NCBI GenBank assembly: GCA_964577555.1
Contig: CAZNZM010000005.1
Span: 47,693-70,084 of the forward strand
From: an uncultured archaeon
GTDB lineage: Archaea > Iainarchaeota > Iainarchaeia > Iainarchaeales > Iainarchaeaceae
DNA: 22,392 bases
Reading direction: 5' to 3'
Under the pieces are notes generated by a model. It was not told the DNA's origin, searched no databases, and was given only the letters and a program-made list of their open reading frames with translations. Made by a program: the position numbers and the translations under genes. Each line of letters opens with the position of its first letter. Position 1 is the first letter of the stretch. Below, one piece after another: positions 1 through 9,100 of the stretch.

Positions 1-169
1 TAATTTTTTGTTTTGTTTGTTTTTGCAAGTTATTTTTTTTTGTTGTTTTTTTTTGCTTTTGTGAATTTTTTTATTTGAAATTTTGTTTTTTTTTGGCCAA
101 GTTTTTTTTTATTTTTGTTCTGCGAGCCGTTTTTTTATCGTTTTTTTTGGAGTGCTGTTTTTTTGGCTT

Positions 170-1624
170 TTATCCTTTTATGTTTCCTATTGGTTTCAGC
201 GAAAACACTTTTTTTGAAATTCCTATTTCGTCCATTGTTTTGATTACTTCGCTTATGTCTTTATAGGCTATGCCTGCTTCTTCAGCAAGCCCGGAGTAGG
301 TTGCAGTTTTTACGTATATCCCTTTTTTTTCCATTTCTTTTTGCAATTGTTTTCCTTTCACTATTTCTTTTGCTTTTGTTCTGGACATTACCCTGCCTGA
401 GCCATGCATTGTGCTTCCGAAAGTTTCAAGCATTGCTTTTTCAGTTCCTACGCAAACATAACTTCCTGTTTCCATTGATCCTCCAACTATTACTGGTTGT
501 CCAGTTTCTTTGTATATTTTTGCCAATTCTTCATGTCCAGGTCCAAAGCCACGCGTAGAACCTTTTCTATGCACAATGACTTTTTTTGATTTGCCGTCCA
601 CTTCGTGTTTTTCTATTTTTGCAATGTTGTGGGCAACGTCGTAAATCAAATTCATTTCCATTTCTTCAGGAGTTTTTTTGAATATTTTAGCAAATGCTTG
701 TCTGACATTGTGGGTTATTACCTGTCTGTTTGCGAATGCGTTGTTTGCCGCGCAAGCCATTGCAGAATAGTATTTTTGCCCTTCTTCGCTTTGAAATGGC
801 ACTCCTGCAAGTTCTTTATCTTTGATTTTTAATTTGTATTTTTGCATTGCAGATTGGAAGTCTTTCAAATAGTCTGTTGCAATTTGGTGTCCTGTTCCAC
901 GAGAACCGCAATGTATCATTATCATGACTTGTTTATCGTCATACACTCCGAATTTTGAAGCTATTTCTTTGTCATAAATATTTTCTGCTTGTATTACTTG
1001 CACTTCAAGGTAATGGTTGCCAGATCCAAGAGTGCCTAATTGGTTCATGCTTCTTCCAATTGCTTTTTCAGATACATTTTCAGGGTTTGCTTCGTTTATG
1101 CAACCTTTTTCTTCAATTCTTTCAATGTCTTCTTTCCAAGCATAGCCATTTTCAAGGCACCATTTTGCACCGCTCTGCATTACTTCAATAACTTGTTTTC
1201 TTTGCAAACTTATCATGCCTTTTACTCCAACGCCTGCAGGTATTTTTTCAAAAAGGCAATTCATTAGTTCTTTTATCCTTGGCTTGACTTCCTCGTGTGT
1301 CAGATTGGTGCTTATTAACCGCATGCCGCAATTTATGTCAAAACCTATTATGCCGGGGCTTATTATACCTTCAATCGCATCAAATGCCGCTACTGCTCCT
1401 ACAGGCGCGCCATAACCCCAATGCGCGTCAGGCATAGCCATTGCATATTTTTGTATTCCTGGAAGACACGCAACATTAGTTATTTGTTCAAATACTCCTT
1501 CGTCCATTTTATTGAACAATTCGTCGGTTGCAAAAATTCTTGCAGGAACATTCATTCCGCTTTTTTCAGTCTTTGGTATTTCCCAAACGTTTTTTGAAAC
1601 TTTTATTGCTTTATATTTTGGCAT
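170..1624 (-). CDS. rtcB: tRNA-splicing/RNA ligase RtcB
   Basis: 484-aa ORF with ATG start. It carries the RtcB family motifs GFDINCGMRL (metal-ligand Cys), GTLGSGNHYLEVQ, HCGSRGTGHQI, YDVAHNIAK, STRGFGPGH and STMHGSGRVMSR (guanylated-His region). No intein is apparent. Confidence 0.97.
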   Translation of the reverse strand: MPKYKAIKVSKNVWEIPKTEKSGMNVPARIFATDELFNKMDEGVFEQITNVACLPGIQKYAMAMPDAHWGYGAPVGAVAAFDAIEGIISPGIIGFDINCGMRLISTNLTHEEVKPRIKELMNCLFEKIPAGVGVKGMISLQRKQVIEVMQSGAKWCLENGYAWKEDIERIEEKGCINEANPENVSEKAIGRSMNQLGTLGSGNHYLEVQVIQAENIYDKEIASKFGVYDDKQVMIMIHCGSRGTGHQIATDYLKDFQSAMQKYKLKIKDKELAGVPFQSEEGQKYYSAMACAANNAFANRQVITHNVRQAFAKIFKKTPEEMEMNLIYDVAHNIAKIEKHEVDGKSKKVIVHRKGSTRGFGPGHEELAKIYKETGQPVIVGGSMETGSYVCVGTEKAMLETFGSTMHGSGRVMSRTKAKEIVKGKQLQKEMEKKGIYVKTATYSGLAEEAGIAYKDISEVIKTMDEIGISKKVFSLKPIGNIKG

Positions 1625-1833
1625 TTTCCTGCAACTCCGTGTTTTTCAATTTAGGCTTGGACTTGTTTTTAAATTTAATATATTTTTCTACGCCTAATAT
1701 TTTGTTTAAATTGAACTATTTTTTTATTTTACCTTTTTTAGGATGCTTTTTTTTTAATTATTTTTTGTGTGTTGTTTTTTTCATAGTATTTTTTTGAACT
1801 GAGTTTTTTCGTCTAATTTATTTTTTTGCCAGA

Positions 1834-1857
1834 CAAAGTTGTTTTTTTTGGCGAGCC
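1834..1857. repeat. Copy of the intergenic caaagttgtttttttt-ggcgagcc repeat
   Basis: caaagttgttttttttggcgagcc is nearly identical to 15464-15488 (caaagttgttttttttttgcgagcc) and matches in part 15542-15560 (aagttgttttttttggcga). Confidence 0.6.
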
Positions 1858-2067
1858 TTGTTTTTTATTTTTTTAATTGTTTTTTTTGTTTTTGATTTTT
1901 TTTATCTTTATTTTTTTCCCAATTTTTTTGTTGTTTTTTTGTGAGGCAAGTTTTTTGTCTTTTTTTTGTTTTTTTGGCTTGCATTTTTTTGTTGATCTAG
2001 TTTTTTTTGCCAATTTTTTTTGCTTTTTTTTTTGAAAAATTTTTCTCGTTTTTTTTGTTTATTTCTT

Positions 2068-2487
2068 TTAGATGTCAACAACTATTGTTGCAACCCAGTT
2101 TTTTCCTTTTTTTTTCAAGCTGAACATGTACATTGTAATTGCTTTAACATCGTTTTTCAAATTGTTTTTTCCAATGTCTTCAAGTTTGGCTCCAAAACAT
2201 TTCGCTTCAAGTTTTTTTTCACGAATTTTTATTTTGAATTTCTTGAAAATCAAGCCTTCCACGTCCTTCATATAAACAAGTTCTTCAAGGAAATTATACA
2301 AAAGGCTTTCATTATCGTTTCCTTCAACCGAAAATTCTTTTTGCAATTTTAAAGGTATTTTTTTGGTGTTAGCCATTATTTCCGCCAAAGCTATTCCTGC
2401 GTTTGCAATTGTTTTTTCCAATGATGTTCCAAATGCTTGGAAAGCTATTTCGGAAATAGCCACGTCTTTGAGAAACTTGTATTTCAT
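2068..2487 (-). CDS. Archease, RtcB cofactor (archease family, divergent N-terminal motif)
   Basis: 139-aa ORF whose layout matches archease: YKFLKDVAISEIAFQAFGTSLEKTIANAGIALAEIM, then LLYNFLEELVYMKDVEGLIFKKFKI, NNLKNDVKAITMYMFSL and C-terminal WVATIVVDI. It lies upstream of rtcB on the same strand. Confidence 0.85.
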   Translation of the reverse strand: MKYKFLKDVAISEIAFQAFGTSLEKTIANAGIALAEIMANTKKIPLKLQKEFSVEGNDNESLLYNFLEELVYMKDVEGLIFKKFKIKIREKKLEAKCFGAKLEDIGKNNLKNDVKAITMYMFSLKKKGKNWVATIVVDI

Positions 2488-2519
2488 GCAAAAAAATTGT
2501 TTTAGGAATTTAATATAAT

Positions 2520-4046
2520 TTAATGCTTTGAAGCTTTGTTTATTTTTTCAATTAATAAGCTCTTGAGTTTTTCGGCGTTTTCTTTGCTGAGTCCGTCTAT
2601 GTGTGACTCTGTGCTAGATACAGGTGTGACCGTTGAAATGTGCAAATCATAAAGCCCTAAAATCTTGTCAAAAATGTCCTGGTCAATGAAAATATTTTCA
2701 ATACGATGGAATGGAATTGCAATTTCAGTTGTTCTTATAACGCCTTTTCTGATGTAAATAATGTCTTCGGATTGGTTGTAATAATAATTTTTGTAATAAA
2801 GTAATTCAAATAAATACCTGCCAATGACAACAAAGAAGAATGCCAATATTGTACCAACTATATTCAAAAAATTGAGTTTTGGAACGTATAGAACTTGAAG
2901 AGTTATTGCTATCAAAAGTAGGATAAAAAATATGATTGCTGTTTGTATTGTTCTTTTAATAGGTTTGCGTTGTTCGAGCGGAATTCTTTTTGATAAAGGT
3001 TCGATGTCTTGGTTTTGATTTAAGTCGTTGCTTGAAAATAGAAATTCCCTTAACCAAAATGCTTTATCAGGCTTTATATATGGTATTGCAGTATCCACAT
3101 TAAGTAATTGATCGTTCTTGTTTGAAGAAAAAATTTTTTCTATGCCGCCTGTTTCAGCTTTTACGTTTGACAAATTGAAGAATTTTTCAACAATGTTTCT
3201 GGTAATGACAATGTCCTGTATTTTTGAAATATTGAATGAAGCTTTTTTTATTGAAAACAAACCATATTGTATTTCAAGTCTGTTGTTTGAAATTGAAACT
3301 TTGAAATTTATTAGTTCTATATGTCTTGCAACCATAATTAGCAAAAATAAGACAATTATTATGGCAATTGAACCAAGTGTAATAAAAGAAAAATTACCAA
3401 TATTTTTGATTAATTCCCATTCTAAAAATCCTGAAAAACTAAGCAACAAATAAATTGCAAAAAACAGAATGAGAACAAAAATGATGCTAATAAATGCAAT
3501 TGCAGAGCTTATCATTCCTAAAGCAATATTTTTTAATTCCAAGGTTAATGCAGCTTCTTTCAAGATTTTTTCGGGTTTTTCCAATTTTTTTTCCTGCCTT
3601 TTGTTTTTCAAGTTTTCAATGGTTTTCATTTTTTCAAAAATAGTGTTTTTTATTTCATCAGATTCGGCAACATTGAATAAAGGCAATTCTGTTGCAAGAA
3701 CAGACGTATAAGTCATTGTTACTATTCTGAGCCGCTTTACTCCTAAAATAGCATCATACAATGTTTGAGCTTCTTTTATGTCCTGTATTTGCGAATAAAG
3801 GAAAGTTGATCTTTCTTCTGTAATCACTCCTTTTCTTATAGTCAATCCTTGTTCGTCCAACTTTATCCAAGTTTTAGTTATTTTCAAATAACCCCAACCG
3901 GTTAGTACTATAAATAAGAATGCCGCGATAAGAATGTTAAGCGGAAAAACCGGCATTAAAATCAAAAACGAAAAAAATGAAATATACAAGGATGAAAAGA
4001 AAACTAATAATAAATTGATGTTGCTTGGCTTGTAAATCTTTTCCAT
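2520..4046 (-). CDS. Membrane protein with three bPH2 (YdbT-like PH) domains
   Basis: 508-aa ORF with paired TM segments separating three similar blocks: GLTIRKGVITEERSTFLYSQIQDIKEAQTLYDAILGVKRL, RLEIQYGLFSIKKASFNISKIQDIVITRNIVEKFFNL and IIYIRKGVIRTTEIAIPFHRIENIFIDQDIFDKILGLYDLHI. Confidence 0.8.
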   Translation of the reverse strand: MEKIYKPSNINLLLVFFSSLYISFFSFLILMPVFPLNILIAAFLFIVLTGWGYLKITKTWIKLDEQGLTIRKGVITEERSTFLYSQIQDIKEAQTLYDAILGVKRLRIVTMTYTSVLATELPLFNVAESDEIKNTIFEKMKTIENLKNKRQEKKLEKPEKILKEAALTLELKNIALGMISSAIAFISIIFVLILFFAIYLLLSFSGFLEWELIKNIGNFSFITLGSIAIIIVLFLLIMVARHIELINFKVSISNNRLEIQYGLFSIKKASFNISKIQDIVITRNIVEKFFNLSNVKAETGGIEKIFSSNKNDQLLNVDTAIPYIKPDKAFWLREFLFSSNDLNQNQDIEPLSKRIPLEQRKPIKRTIQTAIIFFILLLIAITLQVLYVPKLNFLNIVGTILAFFFVVIGRYLFELLYYKNYYYNQSEDIIYIRKGVIRTTEIAIPFHRIENIFIDQDIFDKILGLYDLHISTVTPVSSTESHIDGLSKENAEKLKSLLIEKINKASKH

Positions 4047-4546
4047 TAAACCACTTTTTTTCGATTAATGGTTTTGAGAATAATGTCCCTCATTGTTTCT
4101 GCGTCTTGCTTTGATACTCCGTCAATGTGGGCATGATACCCTGACATTATGGTTGCAGTGGATACGTGCAAATCCCAAAGCCCGAAAACCCTGTCCAACA
4201 AATCCTGGTCCAAATATACGTCTTGTATTTTGTTCCAAGGCAAAGTGGTTTCAGTAGGCATGAAAACCCCTTTTCTTATTACAAGAAAATCAGTTTCAAA
4301 ATTATAAAAGTACTTTTCATAATATTTGCTTTCATACCAATAATTAATTAATGTGGCCGCAACAAAAAAAATCAATGCCAAGCTCAACAAAACGATTTTC
4401 AAACCATATTCAAGCTGAACCAAAAATATGGCTATTCCAATAATAAAAAACAAGATTCCAAGAACTACTTCCCTGGAAATAAATTTCTTCAAAATTTTCG
4501 CTTTTTGCAAAGGATACTTTTTTATCGTAGGAACATCTTGAGACAT
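4046..4546 (-). CDS. PH domain-containing (bPH2) membrane protein
   Basis: 166-aa ORF with two TM segments followed by FLVIRKGVFMPTETTLPWNKIQDVYLDQDLLDRVFGLWDLHVSTATIMSGYHAHIDGVSKQDAE. Its stop overlaps the start of the next gene (TAATG on the minus strand). Confidence 0.82.
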   Translation of the reverse strand: MSQDVPTIKKYPLQKAKILKKFISREVVLGILFFIIGIAIFLVQLEYGLKIVLLSLALIFFVAATLINYWYESKYYEKYFYNFETDFLVIRKGVFMPTETTLPWNKIQDVYLDQDLLDRVFGLWDLHVSTATIMSGYHAHIDGVSKQDAETMRDIILKTINRKKVV

Positions 4547-4680
4547 TTTAATAAACCAATTTGCAAAATGTTTTAAAATAAATATATTATATATTAAAAG
4601 AAAGCAAAACCCAAAAAACGCGAGAAGAACAAAAAATTAATTTGCCTAAAAAAACCAACAAAACCGCTTACAGAAAACAC

Positions 4681-4698
4681 GGCTTGCAGAAACAAGCC
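4681..4698. repeat. Perfect inverted repeat (6-bp stem, 6-nt loop)
   Basis: GGCTTG-cagaaa-CAAGCC in the intergenic region between the divergent genes 4046-4546(-) and 4967-6016(+). Confidence 0.6.
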
Positions 4699-4886
4699 AA
4701 AAAGCAAAACAAAAAATTTCAATTTTTAAAACAAAAACCAGGCAAAAAACACCCGGCAAAAAGACAAAAAGAATTTTTAAAATTAAAAAAATAGTTTCAA
4801 GTTTGGCTTACAAAACAAACAACATGGTTATAAGTCTTGCAAAACCAAAGCTCTAAAAAAGGCTGCATTTTCAAACCAAAAACAAG

Positions 4887-4904
4887 TTTGCCAAAACAGG
4901 CAAA
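4887..4904. repeat. Perfect inverted repeat (6-bp stem, 6-nt loop)
   Basis: TTTGCC-aaaaca-GGCAAA followed by further A residues, just upstream of the putative box A of the 4967 gene. Confidence 0.5.
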
Positions 4905-4913
4905 AAAAATACT

Positions 4914-4960
4914 TTTTTAAATATCAAAATTGTTTCTGTTATATTGAATGTTTGAGGTGA
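4914..4960 (+). promoter_or_regulatory. Putative box A plus Shine-Dalgarno for the 4967 gene
   Basis: tttttaaatatc at about 4914-4925 and gaggtga at 4954-4960, positioned plausibly for an archaeal promoter and RBS. Confidence 0.5.
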
Positions 4961-4966
4961 TTTGGT

Positions 4967-6016
4967 TTGGTTGGTTCACTAAAAAGAGCTTGGTCCGGAT
5001 TGATTGGAGCAAGCAATCGTTCTTTATTGAGAAAAGCGCAAAAGGAATATTTAGCTGCAGAAAGAGTTGATAAAAGAGCACGGTTTTTTGGCAATGTCAT
5101 GGCTCGCAGAGCCGATGTCTTAGAAAGAGGAGTCATACACGCTCTTTATCGTTCCGATTTGGCTGGGGCACGCGCTGAAAAGTATAAAGGGAAAATGGAA
5201 AAGGCAATTGGTTGGCAATTATATTTATATGGTGTTTCTGCAAGCAGATCCAATCTTAATCCTATTAGAATGCTTGCTACTGCACTAGCTAAAATAATGG
5301 CGTGGAGAGCTAATGAAAACGCTGTTAAATATGGTCGTAATAGTGCTGCTTCTAGGATTCTTGAGAGAGCCGCATATAAATTAATCAGTGGAGGAGAAAA
5401 AACTTATCTTGCTAAAGCTCGTCTTCCTTCTGCTAGGGCTAAAAAAACATATATGTTAGGTGAAAGGTTCGAAGCTCTTTTAGCAAGGCAAGTTCCAACA
5501 ACTGCACGAAATGCTATTTCCATATTTGAAGAGTTAGTTAAAAATCACTCTCTGCTTAAAATGGCATATATTGATTATAGGCAAAAATTGGCTTCCGAAG
5601 CGGCTAGATTGCTTAAAGCTGCAAAAGATGCTAAGGCACTTGCTGAGAAAATGTCTAAACCAAGGAGTGAAATTATAAAAGCTGAAGAAAAAATAAAAAT
5701 TTATGAAAACGCCATTAATGAAATAAAAAGTTTGGCTCCTCCATCAGAATTCGTTTCTAGAATTAGAGCTCTTGGAGATAAAGTTGAGTCCCTTTATTCA
5801 GAATTTCTTGACGGTTCAACCTCTCTTGAGAAACAAAACAAAATTGCAAACGAGATAGAATTTTTGAGGGCCACAGCGTTGGAATTAAGTAGGCTTAATA
5901 AAGGATTAGTATATGGCGTAACTGTAAAGCACGGAAAAGTTTTGTTAGAGAAGCCACAAATAATTGAAAATATGAGCAAAGTAATAGAATTATTAAATTT
6001 AAGAAGAGCAACTTAA
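4967..6016 (+). CDS. Hypothetical helix-rich/coiled-coil protein, TTG start
   Basis: 349-aa ORF. TTG codon at 4967 preceded by a strong Shine-Dalgarno-like GAGGTGA (4954-4960, 6-nt spacing) and a TATA-like tttttaaatatc (about 4914-4925). Ala/Lys/Glu/Leu-rich helical composition; no recognised family. Confidence 0.75.
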   Translation: MVGSLKRAWSGLIGASNRSLLRKAQKEYLAAERVDKRARFFGNVMARRADVLERGVIHALYRSDLAGARAEKYKGKMEKAIGWQLYLYGVSASRSNLNPIRMLATALAKIMAWRANENAVKYGRNSAASRILERAAYKLISGGEKTYLAKARLPSARAKKTYMLGERFEALLARQVPTTARNAISIFEELVKNHSLLKMAYIDYRQKLASEAARLLKAAKDAKALAEKMSKPRSEIIKAEEKIKIYENAINEIKSLAPPSEFVSRIRALGDKVESLYSEFLDGSTSLEKQNKIANEIEFLRATALELSRLNKGLVYGVTVKHGKVLLEKPQIIENMSKVIELLNLRRAT

Positions 6017-6022
6017 TAAGCT

Positions 6023-6052
6023 AAAAAAATCAGCCTGGTTAAAATCCGGCTG
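6023..6052 (-). terminator. Hairpin plus U-tract terminator of the giant surface-protein gene
   Basis: The minus-strand RNA reads CAGCCGG-ATTTTAA-CC(A)GGCTG-A-TTTTTTT: a 7-bp stem with one bulge followed by a T run, about 65-90 nt past the stop codon at 6116. Confidence 0.6.
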
Positions 6053-6115
6053 TCCAAAATCCTCAATAACTGATTTCTTTTACCCTAAAAATTAAATTCC
6101 AGTTTTTTTTAATCT

Positions 6116-9100
6116 TCAATTCCAAGCGTAGCTGGCCCATTTTTTATAAATATCGTTGAATTCTTCATTATTGTTGATTGTAATATAATTGCTGGTTTGA
6201 TTGTCATTGTCTTGATTATACTTGTCTAAATAACAACCTGGATCTTTATTGCATTCGTTCATATAAGAAATCAATTTTTTCTTTGCGCATATTGCATTAT
6301 TGTAAATGTTTTCTTCTTCTTTGTTTTGTTTTTTAAGGTTGCATCCAAACATGTACTTGTTGCTTTTGTCAATTCCCAAACCGGATTTTACTACCCCTAA
6401 AGATACCACCATTGCTTCAAGATCAAGATCAGTATTACTTTTGAAGTTTGTTTTTTCGTCTTTAACCGCTTCCGATATAATAACTCCTATTCTTTCTCCG
6501 GATTCCTGCTTTTTCAAATAATTAAGCACCATTGAAGCGTGTTTTATTTCAATTCCTTTTCTTATCATTATGCTTGGCGGGTTATGTGCGTCAGGCAAAA
6601 GTCCCGGAAGAACTGTTGCGATTTCGTTGTTAATATTTTGATTGTTGCATTCATTCAAAACCTGTTCAATACTTGTTCCTTCAGGTATTATTGCAGGCCC
6701 TGATATTATAATCTTTTTTTCCTCAGGAGTTTGTGTTATAATAATTTTGTAGGTTCTGTAATTAATTATTTCTTGTGTCCCCATGTCTTCCCCTTCAATT
6801 GTGAGCAGGGAAACATCTATTCCTGATCTGTTAAGTTCTTCTCCTCTTGATAACGGAGTATTTTTTAATGATTCTTCCAAGGAAAGTTCATAGAATTTCA
6901 TTCCTACAAAATTGGCCAACGCTCCAAAGGCTCCTTCTTTAAGCAGTGTTCTTGCGCCTGTAAAAAACGCTTTCCACCCTGGCTTTGCTTTTTTTACTAT
7001 TTTTTCGGCGTTTAATGTTTTAGTGTATTGTTCTTTAATCCATTTTTCATATTTTTCCTTTGCAGATACTCCCACAGTGTCTTTTAAAATTTCTGGGTTG
7101 TATAGAACATATCTTTCTATTTGGTTATTAATTATTGTGAACTTGTTTTTTATGTCATACACAACAATTTTGTCATTAGGTATGTTTTGAAGTTCATTTT
7201 TTAGTAACTCTTCTAATTCCTTTGGCAATTTTTGAATTTTAAGTTCTCTTTTCAATTTTGCTTCGATTCTATCTATAAGTTTATTCAGGATTTCATTTTT
7301 TTGACTTGTATTTTTTTGTTCGAAACCTGCCAATTCTGGAAATTCATCAGTATTTAATTTTATTTTTTCCATTAATTTTGATTCTTCCAAGGCTTCCTCA
7401 AAGAATTTTCTTTCCAATGCTTCTTCATCATTTTCACCTTCCAAAAATTCGTAACTGAAATATTTTCTGTTTTCATAATAAAAGCCTAAAACTTTTTTAT
7501 CAGAACCCACTTTTCTAATTACATTTTGAACTGCTTTGATTTTTTCTTCTTCAGGTATTTCCACGTGCCTTCCAAATGTGGAAGCGTCTATTCTTGCATT
7601 TTCTCTTGCTATTTCGTCGAATTCTCCCAAAAGTTCTATTTCAATATCTTTTTGTAATGACTTTTCAAATGCTATTAATATTTGCCTGTTTCCAATGCCT
7701 TTGTCGAATGTATTTTTTGCAACTTCCCTGCTTATTTCTTCAGCAATTGATTTTGCAAGCACGGTTCTGTCAACTATTCCTGCTCTTGTGTTTATTTTGC
7801 TGCTGGATTGAATTATTGATTTTAGTGTTTGTGCTGGCACAAATGCTTCTATTATGTTGCTTGTGGCTTGTTCTTCCGCTTTTTGAATTTGTTGCAGTTG
7901 TTGGTTAGGATTTGTTGTTTCTCCAACCCCAATTGCACCAAATAACAGGTTTAAGAGTTTGCTTGCTCCATTATAAACTAATTTTAATGCATCAACTATT
8001 GGTTTTGTAATTTTTTCCACAAATCCTGTAAAGTCTTTGAATATGTCTTTGTCTCCCCATTGATTGTATGCATAAGGTATTCCGCAATCGAATACTATGT
8101 TGAATAATGCTCCTATCCGACCTATTGTCGGTCTTAAGAATGATGTTATTGCGCTTGTTATGGAGCATATGCCCAAATAGACAAGGTTTGCTTTTGTTTT
8201 TGCCGCTTTTACTTCCGGCGGGTCGTCATTAAGTATTTTTATTTCGTTTTTTTCTATTTGATTTGCGGTTTTTAGGTTTGATTCTATTTTGTTTAGTTTT
8301 GCAATGTCGCTTATCAGTATTTTGTCGTTGTCTTTGCCTTTCCAAATGAATGTTGCATAATATGGTGTTTTGCTTGGTTGTTTTTCTCTTATTTTTTCCA
8401 TGAAATCCAACGGATGTATTCCGCATATTTGCAAGTTTATTTGTTCCCATTTTGGGTTTTTTGCTTCGTTTTCAATTCTTTTTGCAGAACCCAATATTGC
8501 TTTACCTTGAGCTTGGTGTATTTGCGAATTTCCTTTTACACAAATTTTTGCTTCTCCAATAAATTTGTTTGTTTTTTGGTCAAGTTTATCAATTTTTAAT
8601 TGTGTTATGGTTTCGTTGCTTGAATTTGCTTGTATGAAGAATGGTTCGTCAACTCCGTCAAATTGTGTTGCTTTTTTTGCTGTTAATATGGCATTTTCTT
8701 TTATGTCGCTTAATACGTTAAAGTCGGTGCATGAAGGTGTGCCATATTGTACTTTGATTTCTTTTCCAGCCTTGACTTCAATTAAGCCTATGTCTTTTGT
8801 AGCTTTTATTTTCAAGTAGCTTTCATCAACGCCTATACATCCGTTAATTACGTTTTCTCTCAGGTTTTTTATTGCTTGTGCCGCTTCTTTTACTATTTCT
8901 TTTTGCAGTTTTTCGTCTCCGCCAATGCTTTCTTTTATGAATGCTTCAACAGTAACAGGGTTGTTTGGCGATGCTGGAGGCATTCTTATTTTTACTATGT
9001 AATCGCTTTCATTTGAGAGGTCAAGTTTGAGGTTGTTGGTGCTTGCTTCGCTTTGTGTTGCTCTTTGGTCAGACCCAAATAGGCTTTTTGCTATTTCTTT

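Noticed and set aside
75-266. 63-aa + strand ORF
   Set aside because: Translated T-run low-complexity sequence overlapping the 3' end of rtcB in antisense.
4939-5136. 65-aa minus ORF at the start of the orphan gene
   Set aside because: Antisense to the better supported 4967-6016 CDS and lacking any recognisable feature.
7536-7908. Antisense ORFs (91 and 110 aa) within the giant gene, and similar + strand ORFs from about 6300 to 13980
   Set aside because: They are Phe/Leu/Ser/Cys-rich shadows of the 8.3-kb coding sequence, overlap each other in multiple frames and have no RBS or family features.
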